Positions 26,054 to 37,588 of a DNA stretch of 64,000 bases are shown here, piece by piece. The position numbers and the translations under genes were made by a program. Positions within the stretch are counted from its first letter, which is position 1, and every line of letters starts with the position of its first letter. Origin of the DNA: Octopus vulgaris (taxonomy: Eukaryota); contig OX597835.1 of assembly GCA_951406725.2 (NCBI GenBank), positions 25,172,001 to 25,236,000 of the forward strand. Reading direction: 5' to 3'. The notes beneath the pieces are model-generated. The model did no database searches, was not told the origin of the DNA, and saw nothing but the letters and a program-made list of their open reading frames with translations.

Positions 26054-27264
26054 GTAAGTGCTATTGTGGTTTTGAGACAGCTTCATTGTGTGTGTGTGTG
26101 TGTGTGTAGTTTTGAGGCTCGTATGCTTTAATCATGTACATTTTAACCCTTTAACTGAGAAATTAAATTTCATGGTTATTATTCCAGAAATGTTATTAGA
26201 TATCTACCAAATAAACAGAATTGGTATTTTCTGCAAAGCATATTACCAAAGTAAACTTGACAGATCTCAACAGGAAATTGTTTCAAACACGACAAAAAAC
26301 AGATTGGTGTATTAAACTGCTTTCCTTAGTTAAGGGTAATGAAATTTTGAGGGGATATATCCAATTTCACACAGTAAAAGGGTTAATCTGTTTAAGTGAC
26401 ATGCATATTTTTGAGCCATGGTTGCTTGCTTTGCTGGAAATGCCAGCCAAATTTCACTCAAATCCTACCTTTGTGGCTTAACATTTTAACTGGGAAATTA
26501 CATTTCATGATCATTCCAATAAGGATGTTAGATAGCTACCTAAAAATTAGAATTGGTATTTTCTGCAAATCATGTTGCTTCAAAAAACTTGATAGATCTT
26601 AATCAATATCATTGTTTAATGTCCATTTTCCATTCTGGCATGAATTGGATGGTTGGACATGGAGCTGGCCAGCTGGGACCCGTCCAGACTTCAATTGTCT
26701 GTTGTGGTATGGTTTTTGCAGCTGGATGCCCTTCCTAATGCCAACCACTTAAGTGTGCTGGGTACTTTTATGTGCCATTAGCATGAGTGCATTTACAGAG
26801 TGCCAGCATTGTATCCAGCTGTAAAAATCATGCCAAAGCAGACCCTGCCAATGCTGGTGCCACATAAAAAGCACCTAGGCCACTTTAGTAAAGTATTTGG
26901 CTTTAGGAAGGACTTCCAGCCATAACAACCATGCCAGAACAGACGGTGAAACCTGATGCAGTTTTCTGGTTTGCCAGCTCCTGTCAAACAGTCCAACCCA
27001 TGCCAGCATTGAAAACTGACATTAAATGATTACTAATGATGATGATTACAACAATGATGATGATGATGATTACAGTTGATAATTAAAAAAGATATTATAG
27101 AATGAGATGACTATTAGTGTAGACCGACCAGTATGTTAGAAAAAGCAGTTTCTTGTTATTTATTGCTAATTCCCTAACCCTAACCCAATTAACCATTTGT
27201 TGTCAGGTTTTATGGGTCTCTCTTTAATGTGTTCATAACCATTATTCATAATTTCTTCTTCCAG

Positions 27265-27381
27265 CAAGAGCAGCTGCAGGAAGAGACATTAGAGTCGAAA
27301 TGCTGCCAGATTAGAACTGACACTTTGAATAAACAGAAAAGAGATCTGCAAGAGAGATACGAGACCTACACAAAAATACTG
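27265..27381 (+). CDS. CCDC172: CCDC172-like exon 3 (QEQLQEETLESKCCQIRTDTLNKQKRDLQERYETYTKIL)
   Basis: Acceptor ttcttcttccag|, donor CTG|gtttgt. 117 nt, phase 0-0. Confidence 0.8.
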
Positions 27382-28584
27382 GTTTGTTTATTAAACTAGC
27401 TATATAAATTTGTGTGTGTGTGTGTGTAAAAGGCGAATCAGATTGAGTCTGTTTTTTGCCAAAAGGTAACTTAGCTGTTTGATTGATAGAGGTCGATAAA
27501 ATATATGCTAGGCTTCAGTAGATACTGGGTCAGATCTGATTGACTAAAATCCCTCCGTAGCACATGCCGACTGAAACTAGTAAAAGAATTATATATATAT
27601 TACGGAGATGTACTTGCATAGCGAGTGACTTGATCTGAGATCGTGTGCTGGAACGAAAACAATTGCAGCATGGAAGGTGTTTATAAGCCATTTAAGAAAC
27701 ACACAAAAACCATTAGATTTACTTCAACATTTAAATTTAATTTGTGAAAATATTTTCGTCGCTTTGAGACCGCAACCTGTTCACTGACAAAGCTTCGTAT
27801 CATATAAATAAATTATTCATACATACATTTTCCTTCTTTCAATATATATATATATGATTCTGTCTAACCTATGTGAAGTGGTTGGTGTTAGGAAGGGCAT
27901 CCATCCATAGAAACCATGCCAGACCAAACAATGGAGCCTGATGCATTCCCTGGCCTTACCAGCTCTGGTCAAACTGTCCAACCTATGCCAGCATGAAAAA
28001 CGAGCGCTAAATGATGATGATGATATATGCCCCCAGCATGGCCACAGTCTAATAACTGAAACATACAAAAGAAAAAAAAAACAGACATTCTTATTCTCAC
28101 ACATGAACACCAAACCATTCCATGTAATCATTAAACAATTTGATCTTGTGCTCTCTGGAGAGTTCTTTATTTATATTTTCTCTCTAGTTTATATTTAACT
28201 CCTTAACTACCAAAGATAAGAAGTCTTAGATTTCAAAGAAATACGGTCGTCTGCTCCCAAAGAAATGCAGTCTTTTCTTTCTGTTGTTGATTCTTTGTTT
28301 GCATTGAATTCCTACAGATAACCCGTCCCGGACTTGGTTTCTCAGACAAAGTCGAAAGGTATTTTTATGTTGAGAATATAGGCAACCGTTTCTTTACCTT
28401 CTTGGAATCTGGTTTGTGTATTTACGCCTGTGATAGTTTAACATGTGATGCATGCAGCCAATTTCTTTACACACACACACACACACCATATTTGCCTTAC
28501 ACTAAGTCTACTTTTTTTTTCTTTGCTCCTCTCTTTCTCCTCCTACTCTCTACACAGTGTAACAAATCATATATGACATATATA

Positions 28585-29000
28585 CTCTTTACTCTCTTTT
28601 TACTCTTTAACTTGTTTCAGTCATTTCACTGCGGCCATGCTGGAGCACCGCCTTTAATCGAGCAACTCGACCCCGGCACTTATTCTTTGTAAGCCCAGTA
28701 CTTATTCTATCGGTCTGTTTTGCCGAACCGCTAAGTGATGGGGACATAAACACACCAGCATCGGTTGTCAAGCAATGCTAGGGGGACAAACACAGACACA
28801 CAAACACACACACGCATATATATATATATATACATGTATACGACGGGCTTCTTTCAGTTTCCATCTACCAAATCCACTCACAAGGCTTTGGTCAGCCCGA
28901 GGCTTTTGTAGAAGACACTTGCCCAAGGTGCCACGCAGTGGGACTGAACCCAGAACCATGTGGTTGGTAAACAAGCTACTTACCACACAGCCACTCCTGC
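28585..29000 (-). mobile_element. Full-length family A SINE
   Basis: Near-identical to 21157-21560. Confidence 0.85.
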
Positions 29001-29141
29001 GCATATATACACACGTGTGTGTTTGTAATAAATATATATATATAAGTTCAGCAAAATTTAGATTCAAATGAATATGGTACTTAATTTAGATGCACCAGAA
29101 TTTTGTATGGTGTTATCCATATAAATCCATGGGGTGATTAT

Positions 29142-29352
29142 AATCAAAATAAGCAACAAGAATATCTCCAGTAATTTGGTACGATCGTTTCACGCTACAT
29201 CATTTTATTAAATATTGTAAGTAATACAACAGTTTTAAAACGTTGAGCAATCATTTTAAAACTGTTGTAATACTTACGATATTTAATAAAATGATGTAGC
29301 ATAAAACGATCGTACCAAATTACCAGAGATATTCTTGTTGTTTATTTTGATT
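29142..29352. repeat. Hairpin with about 100-bp arms and about 13-nt loop; probable Penelope-like inverted terminus
   Basis: AATCAAAATAAGCAACAAGAATATCTC...GTTTTAAAA / TTTTAAAAC...GAGATATTCTTGTTGTTTATTTTGATT. Related copy at 31123-31335. Confidence 0.75.
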
Positions 29353-29804
29353 ATATATACATATATCTATATATATATATAATCATCATCGTTTCAATAT
29401 ATATAGCACCATCATCATTTTGCAAGTGCAAAATTTATGTAACCGTGATATTCTGTAGATGGTTTGTAAAATGTACAATAGTACTATGTAATTTATGATG
29501 TATACATCAGTGCAGACATGTAAAATAATTTATTAAAACACTAAAACAAATTTTGCATGAAGTTGACTGTAAAACGGCTGTCATCCTATAGATATCAACT
29601 GTTGAAATATATTTATCTAACCATCTCCTCACTTCTCTGTATATATATGTTTTATGAATTTGATATTTTCCAAAATTGGATTTGTTTCAATAAATTGATG
29701 TCTGTATATCAATTTCTCCATTTTCTCCTTTTCCTTATATCATCATCATCATCATCGTCGTTTAACGTCCGTTCTCCATGCTAGCATGGGTTGGACTATG
29801 GTTG

Positions 29805-29850
<46 letters not shown>

Positions 29851-30116
29851 TTGACATGGGTGATTCTCTCTTGTCTTGGGATTCACAGTCAAACAGCTGG
29901 GTGGAATTGCACAAAAAATTACACAGTTGTGTAATCAGCTAATGAAAAATTCACTATGACTCAAGCAACCAATTCAAATTGATAATAATGGAATTCGACA
30001 GTGACAAGAGTCATAGGAATCCATAAAAGCAGCATATATTTATAGTGACCGCGTGTGTACCGTTGGCGATTTTTTTTTCTTCCGTCTTCCCTTCTCTGGA
30101 TCTTTCCTTCTCCTAT

Positions 30117-30151
30117 GTTTTTGACGAAGAGCTCCGCTTGAAACCTTAAAC
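30117..30151 (+). ncRNA. Degenerate minimal hammerhead ribozyme motif
   Basis: GTTT-TTGACGA-A-GAGC(tcc)GCTT-GAAA-CCTT-AAAC. Stems I and II are present; the core has substitutions. Confidence 0.4.
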
Positions 30152-30245
30152 CCTCCTTCTTCCCTTCCTTCCTGAGCGTCCAATAATACTATATTTGTTC
30201 CACGTCCTCGCGTTATGTTTTCTCTTTGTGTTTTCATGTTTGGAT

Positions 30246-30316
<71 letters not shown>

Positions 30317-31089
30317 GTGTGTTATATCCTTAAGCATGGGCCCCCAGCTCTGTTTGCCCTAATTTGCCTTTGACAAACCTTCAATATTGTCACTTGAACT
30401 ATTTCAAACAACAGCCAAATTTTCTTCAAAGAAGACCTTACTGTCTTAAAAGAAAAACATTAAAAACACATTGGATAATGGAATCCTAGATATATTATGT
30501 CTGAATGAAAGATATTTGCAACTGGAACATCTTTTGATCAAAACCGGTTCTACTTCCTGTTTCACAGTTCGCTTGTTGCTCGGAGAAAAGATCTCCATTC
30601 AACTGTAAAAAACAACTACTGAAATAACTCAACCATCCCAGCCATGCAAGCATGGAAACAGTATGCAGACAGTACCACCGGCAGAGACAGGCATCATCAT
30701 CATCATCGTCATATATCCGCTTTTCCATGCTAGCATAGATTGGATGAGTTGCCTTAGCCGGAATCCTTTTTCAGAGTTACTATACTGCTATATCTATATC
30801 CAACATCCATACCTGTCTAACAGTCTGTAGATAGAGACAGAGATAGATAGATAGATAGATATCTTTTCATTTGTTTTAGTCATTAGACTGCGACCATACT
30901 GGAGCACTACCTCAAAGATTTTTATTTGAACAAATTGCCCCCTGTACTTCCGTTTTTTTTTTTACAGTCTGGCACTTATTCTATTGGTGTCTCTTGCTGA
31001 ACCGATAAGTTACAGGTGATGGGTGGGGGATGGTAGACATGAAGACACACTGATAGATGCATACATACATATATACACATGTATGTGTA

Positions 31090-31124
<35 letters not shown>

Positions 31125-31419
31125 CAAAAATAAGCAACAAGAATGGATCCGGTAATTTAGTACAATTGTTTCATACTATAACATTTTATTAAAAGCTGTA
31201 AATATTACTAAATTACCGGGTCCATTCTTGTTACTTATTTTTGATTATAATCACCCTGCATATTTTTATGGGTAATACCATAAAAAATTCTGGTGCATCT
31301 AAATTAAGTACCATATTCATTTGAATCTAAATTGTTTGCTAAACCTCATGTTGAATCGTTAGCTCCTGCACGCATATTTTTTTCTCTCCTTGTTTCTCTC
31401 CGTGTTTCTTTTCTGTGTA

Positions 31420-31457
31420 TCTTTCTGTCGAAGAGCGTAGGCTCGAAACGTAAAAGA
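31420..31457 (+). ncRNA. Minimal type-I hammerhead ribozyme-like motif (Penelope-type)
   Basis: TCTTT-CTGTCGA-A-GAGC(gtag)GCTC-GAAA-CGTA-AAAGA. Perfect stems I and II, palindromic ACGT, one core mismatch to CUGANGA. Confidence 0.55.
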
Positions 31458-31553
31458 CTTGTTCTATTTCTATTCCTGAGCGCCATACTAATACAATTGT
31501 TTGTTTGTACTCCACCTGCCTTCGTCTTTTGTTTATTTTCGTAAAGCTTCCCG

Positions 31554-31594
<41 letters not shown>

Positions 31595-31921
31595 TGTATG
31601 TATGTATATTCTGGACTCTCCCTTTGTTAAATGACGTATGAGGGTTCAGCAATTTCTTGCTGAACAACCTCACAGATAATTTGTTTACAGTGATGAAATG
31701 TTTGCATATACATAAGCTCCCTCTCTCTGTCAAATCGACATTACCTGTACAGGTGCACCATGTGCCACATGTCACATGGTGAACTGATCACAGAGCAACA
31801 TGAAATGAAGTGCTTTGCTCAAAAACGCAATACAACACCCGGTCTGGGAATCAAAACCACAATCTCACAATCTTGAGTGCGACACCTTAACCGCTAAGCC
31901 ATGCTCCTTTATATATGTATA

Positions 31922-31982
<61 letters not shown>

Positions 31983-33042
31983 ATATATATACACATACAT
32001 ATATATATATATATACACACACACACATGATGGCCATCCACTCGTGACCGAAGAAGACCCTTACTGACCTTCAGGAACATTGTGCGCTCTAGGACTAGCT
32101 TCTATTTTGCATTTGCAGTTCCATTGGTGACTAATGAGCCCTACTGTTGACAAGCATACACGAATGCAAACATTGCAAACCAAGCTTTCCCCATTCACTA
32201 CACCAGCAGTGCACTTTCAAGCAGTGCACTTTCAAGCAGTACACTTAGGCTCTTCACAGAAAACGGTCGTTAAACGATGATGATGATGATGACATCTCCC
32301 TGTCTCATAACTTTTCATCATCTAACACAAGATCACCTCCTTCAGTGCCTCCTCCCCTCTCAAAAGATTTTTGCCTTGCAGGTTTACTTAGTGACCCTGT
32401 CAGTGCAAGTGCCACTTAAAAAGCATCCAGTCCACACTGTAAAGTGGTTGTTATTTGGAAGGGCATCCAGCTATAAAAATCCTGCCAAAACAGTTGCAGA
32501 AGTCTGGTGCAGGCTTCTGCCTGGTTGGTTCTAGTTAAACCATCCCACCCATGCCAGCATAGAAGGTGGATGTTAAATGATGATGATGATGATTGTTTAT
32601 ATTGATGTATAAGTGTACTTGGGAGTAAGACAGACCTAAGAAAGTAAAGTTATCTTCTCGAGTCATACTGACTTATAGGGGCCAGTTTCTATGGCGTATA
32701 AATACCCCACCTGGATGAGACATCAGTTCATCACAGGGTTACTCATTTTTGCCACCTGAGTGAACTGGAGCAACATGAAATGTTTGCTCAAGAACATGTC
32801 ACCCAGTCCAGGAGTCGAAAACCACAAGCATACGATCATGAGTTGAACACCCAAACCACTAAAACAGACTTGGGTATATAACTGTCTGTCTATCTTTCTA
32901 TCCTTCTTTCATTTATTCCTGTGTCTATATGTTGTATTATTGTACCACTGTATCACTCTGTACGCTACACTTGTACCATTGTAACACATCACAACACTAG
33001 TTCGTACCACTGTACTCTACCTCTGTGTCTTTCTATCACTAG

Positions 33043-33208
33043 AACAACACCAAACAACAGTGGCGCCAGGAGTTTGAGGAGTTCTGTAATGAGGTGCCAA
33101 TCTTCCTCAATACACATGGCCTGATGGCTTCTACCAGGAAAAATGGTAACATTGCCATCAAGAGAGAAATGGAGAAACTTCTTGAAGAAGAAAAACTCTT
33201 GAGAACCA
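33043..33208 (+). CDS. CCDC172: CCDC172-like exon 4 (NNTKQQWRQEFEEFCNEVPIFLNTHGLMASTRKNGNIAIKREMEKLLEEEKLLRT)
   Basis: Acceptor ttctatcactag|, donor CCA|gtaagt. Phase 0-1. FEEFCNEV..F resembles recalled EDKFIKEITDF. Confidence 0.8.
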
Positions 33209-33273
33209 GTAAGTTTAACATAAGACTGTTTTATATCCATTAATCTTGTCTGTATTTCTAGTAAGATATTATG

Positions 33274-33710
33274 TACAAGGGGTGCTGAAAAGTTCCTGGG
33301 TTTAAGGATATCACACAAGGCCTGGTTGGAGGCCCATGCTTTCAAGTTCTTTTATAGGGCTTAGAAAAACTGAAGGACCACTGCAATAAGTATGTGAATT
33401 TGGTGAGCTGGCAGAAATGTTAGCATGCTGGGCAAAATGTTTAGTAGTATTACATCTGCCTTTACGTTCTGAGTTCAAATTCCACTGAGGTCGACTTTAC
33501 CTTTCATACTTTCAGGACCAATGAATTAAGTGCCAGTTGCGTTCTGGGCTTGATCTTATTGACTGGCCCCCTTCCCCAAAATTTCGGGCCTTGTGTCTAG
33601 AGTAAAAAAGAATAAGTGTGTGAATCTGAGAAGGGAATATGTTAAATAAAATCATAATTAATTGATCCTCCTGTATTTTTTTTCACCCAAAGGCAAAAAC
33701 TTTCCCCTTC
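33274..33710. mobile_element. Mariner-type MITE with nested family B SINE
   Basis: TACAAGGGGTGCTGAAAAGTTCCTGG left end; same family as 25477-25698. SINE inserted at about 33405-33610. Confidence 0.65.
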
Positions 33711-34663
33711 CCCACTGATATAATGTTACCATTTCCCCAATTCTAGCAGAACTGTTTGTGTGCCAAACAAAACGCTTGGTGATATTTTATTTGTCTTTAA
33801 CGTTCTGAGTTCAAATTCCACCATGGTCAACAGTCCCATCCATCCTTTTGGATTCGATGAAATAAGTACCAGCTGAGTATTGGGGTGGAGTGGAGTGGGT
33901 GTCAATGTAATTGACTCCCCTCCTTTCCCCAAATTTCAGGCTTTGTTCCTAGAGTAGAAAGAACTATTTTCCCCTCCTCTATTATACTTTCCTTTTCTGT
34001 TTCAGTAAAGGGTTTTTTAATTGTTAACTGAATACTTTCTATATAAAGCTGATCCCTATTTATGTTGAAACCCTAGTTTGTTTTAACAGGAGGTCTACAA
34101 CTGCCACCAACCAATGGACTGAGACTTAAAACAGAAAGTACACAGGCACAAGTGTGGCTGTGTGGTAAGAAGCTTGCTTCTCAGCCACATGGTTCTGGGT
34201 TCAGTCCCACTATGTGGCACCTTGGCTAAGTGTCTTCTATAGCCTTGGGTTGACCAAAGCCTTGTGAATGGATTTGGTAGACGGAAACTGAAAGAAGCTC
34301 ATCATATGTGTGTGTGTATGTGTTTGTGTGTATGTGTTTGTCTCCCACCACTTCCTGACGACCAGTGACATTTAATGTCCATTTTCCATGCTGGCATGGA
34401 TTGGATGGCTTGACAGGAACTAGCAAGGCCAGGGGCCCACTCCAGGTTTCATAGTTTTTTGGCTTGGTTTCTATGGATACTGGATGCCCTTCCTAATACC
34501 GACCACTCAACAGTATACAGGGTACTTTTTATGTGGTACCATCACCTGTGCTTTTTACTTGGTACCAACACCCACACCAATCCCTCCATGAAATATGTCC
34601 CTCTTCTAAATCTTTCAATCTCCCTAAAAATCCATCACAATTTTTCTTTCTGTTATGTAAAAG

Positions 34664-34765
34664 AATTGAAGAATTATGAAGATATTTCAGAGAAGGTGAA
34701 GGATTTAAATAACCAATATCAACAGCACCAACATCAACTTGAAGAACAAGACAAAGCATTTGATG
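34664..34765 (+). CDS. CCDC172: CCDC172-like exon 5 (KLKNYEDISEKVKDLNNQYQQHQHQLEEQDKAFD)
   Basis: Acceptor gtaaaag|, donor ATG|gtaagt. 102 nt, phase 1-1. Lies inside ORF-track 34459..34803. Confidence 0.8.
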
Positions 34766-35878
34766 GTAAGTTCTACCATTTTTGCTCACAACTTGCGTCA
34801 TAGATACAGGCCACATGCTCAAAGACACACACAAGTACTCCTAATTTAATGTCCAATTTTCTGTGCTTACATTGGATCAGATGGAATTTGTTGAGGCAGA
34901 TTTCTCTATAGCTGGATGCCTTTCCTGTTGCCAACCCTCATTCGTTTCCAAGCAACACCATTTGTATGATGGTGATGCTCCTTCATAATCATCATGTGAT
35001 GCTAGGACAAGGGTACACACACTCACATATGCACTCACACATATGACAAACTTGTTTCAGTTTCCGTCTGTCTGTCTATCTGTCTAATTATCAATCTGCC
35101 TAATCATCTATCTAATTATCTGTCTAATTATCTTATTTCTTTATTGCCCACAAAGGGCTAAACACAGAGGGACAAACAAGGACAGACAAAGGGATTAAGC
35201 CATAACTGGTACATATTTAATCAACCCCGAAAGGATGAAAGGCAAAGTTGACCTCGGCAGAATTTGAACTCAGAACGTAGCGGCAGACGAAATACTGCTA
35301 AGCATTTTTCCTGGCGTGCTAACATTTCTGCCAGCTTACCACCTTTATATCTGTTTAATTATCTATCTGTCTAATCATCTGCCTGTCTATAAACATCTGT
35401 CTATTTATCTATATAAGCATGGCTGTGTGGTTAAGAAGCTTGCTTCCCAACCATGTAGTCTTGGGTTCGGTCCCACTTGTGGCACCTTGGGCAATTGTTT
35501 TCTACTCTAGACCTTAGCTGGCCAAGTCTTTGTGCATTGATTTGATGGACAGAAACTGAAACCAGCTTGGTGTGTGTGTGTGTGTGTGCAGGTATACCCT
35601 TGTCCTGACATCACATTATAGTTATGAACAAGCATCACTATCATATAAATGATGTTGTTTGGAAATGGGGGAGGGTTGGCAACAGGAAGAAAATCTGTCT
35701 CAACAAATAAATATAATTTTTTTTTTTGCCTACACCATAATACCAAAGAAAAGATAAGCCAGTATTATACACGAGACAGTTTCCATATGACAAAATCTGA
35801 TATTCACCTAAAGTAGTAAACGCTAAGCTAAATTGATTAATAATTGGTTATTGGGTGTTTTAATCTCATCAATTACAG

Positions 35879-35981
35879 AGCTGAAGCGGGAGAAGGAGAT
35901 GTACACTGACAAGTTACAGAAGTTAACTAAAGAAAAACGTGAAGTTGACTGCAAACCAAAAACTGATCCCTACTTCCTTGG
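35879..35981 (+). CDS. CCDC172: CCDC172-like exon 6 (ELKREKEMYTDKLQKLTKEKREVDCKPKTDPYFL)
   Basis: Acceptor aattacag|, donor TGG|gtaaga. Phase 1-2. L..EK.....KP..D matches recalled LEAEKIKISEKPQND. Confidence 0.82.
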
Positions 35982-36664
35982 GTAAGATTGTAATTGTTAT
36001 TTTCGCTGTGTCTTCTCAAATGTATCAACAGGTTTGGTTTAGAGTTAATTTTAAATTTCACTTTTCTTATAATTGTAGAACCATTTAGACATAATTTCTA
36101 ATAATGATGATGATGATGATTATAATCTGTTCTGCTATAGGCACAAGGCCTGAAATTTGGTGGGGAGAGGGTAAGTCAATCATATTAAACCCCCTACCGG
36201 TGGTCAACTGGCACTTATTTTATTGACCCCGAAAGGATGAAAGGCAAAGTCAATCTCGGCGGAATTTGAACTCGGAACATAAAGATGGACAAAATACCGC
36301 TAAGCATTTCGCCCAGCATGTTAACAATTCTGCCAGCTCGCCAGTTCTTTCTACTGAGATTTTTGGTGAGTGAGCAAGTTGACTGCATCAACCCCAGTGC
36401 TCAACTACTATTCATTTTATCGACCTTGGTGGAATTTGAACTCAGAAAAAAATGCTGTCTGATGTGTTAATGATTCTGCCAGTTTCCCACCTGGCACAAA
36501 GTCCAAAATTTTGTGAGAAGGGGTCAGTTGATCACATTGACCCCAGTATATGACTGGTACCTATTTTATTGACATCGAGAGAATGGAAGGCAAAGTTGAC
36601 CTGGGGATGTAGGCTCAGTATGCCATGAGTCAAGAAATGCCTCTAAGCACTTTGTCCGACCTTT

Positions 36665-36775
36665 CAAGTGTTGGGCCTCACAGAGGCAAAGTGTCTGAAG
36701 TCCTTTTGAGTGTTGGGCCTCACAGAGGCAAAGTTCCTTTCTAGTGTTGGGCCTCAGGGAGGCAAAGTGGCTGAG
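36665..36775. repeat. Three imperfect tandem copies of AGTGTTGGGCCTCACAGAGGCAAAGT
   Basis: Direct reading. The motif is also the end of the family C copy at about 50920-50945 (reverse). Confidence 0.7.
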
Positions 36776-37164
36776 TTCTTATTTGATTTCTGAATAGAAG
36801 CAAATAGGAAATAACGCTTACTGACCAAAGACAAAATGAAAATTAAAATTTTGTTATTAGTAATAATAATAATAATAATGGATTTATCCTGTACTACAAG
36901 ATAAATTTTCCCTTCTCCTTTTCATCCTCATTATCTAGGACTGTGCTAAGACATGGGCACACTGCGCAAGTTACTCCGGTCTCTCTCTTTCCCTGGGTCT
37001 AAGGGAATTTTGATCTACATATACTGTGGCTTGCTGTCAATAAATATATACTACAGGGTCCAGTATGTTAATTTGCCTATAATGATCCTAAGAGGGTCCT
37101 ATCTTTTACCATCATCACCACCTTCATCGTAAATGCTATCATCATGTTCAATGTTGTATTTCAG

Positions 37165-37306
37165 ACTACATAGTGAGACTGTGAATCAACAGAGGGAGTA
37201 TGACCACTTGAGGAAACAGTGGGAGCAGAAAATCTTGCAGTTGAAGCATCTTCAACAAAAACACAGCAAAAATAAGTCTAAATTAGCCAAACCTACATTA
37301 AAATGA
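37165..37306 (+). CDS. CCDC172: CCDC172-like exon 7, terminal (GLHSETVNQQREYDHLRKQWEQKILQLKHLQQKHSKNKSKLAKPTLK*)
   Basis: Acceptor ttgtatttcag|, phase 2, TGA at 37304-37306. Assembled protein is 263 aa. The 3' end is uncertain (see findings). Confidence 0.72.
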
Positions 37307-37388
37307 ATGCGGTGCTCCAGCAAATTACTGAAACTAGTAAAAGAATATCTAATTTATTTATTGTACTTCCTCTACATCTCATATATAG

Positions 37389-37425
<37 letters not shown>

Positions 37426-37588
37426 TATGCTTTATTAAAAAGCAGCAAAAATATCCCAAAAACTGTTACTCAGTCTCATGTTCCTGTTGGTCGGACAGTT
37501 TTGATTCTAAACAAAAGTGTCCGATGAATGGGAACGTGAAACTCTGACAGTTTCTATGATATTTTTTGCTGCTCTTTAGTAAAGCATA
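37426..37588. repeat. Inverted repeat (arms about 78 bp) containing a hammerhead-like motif at 37518-37549
   Basis: TATGCTTTATTAAAAAGCAGC... / ...GCTGCTCTTTAGTAAAGCATA. Motif TGTC-CGATGA-ATG(ggaa)CGT-GAAA-CTCT-GACA. One arm also occurs at about 12105-12170. Confidence 0.65.

Noticed and set aside
30568-30630. Good acceptor (ttcacag) in intron 3
   Set aside because: The phase-0 frame stops after 19 codons, with no similarity to the expected exon.
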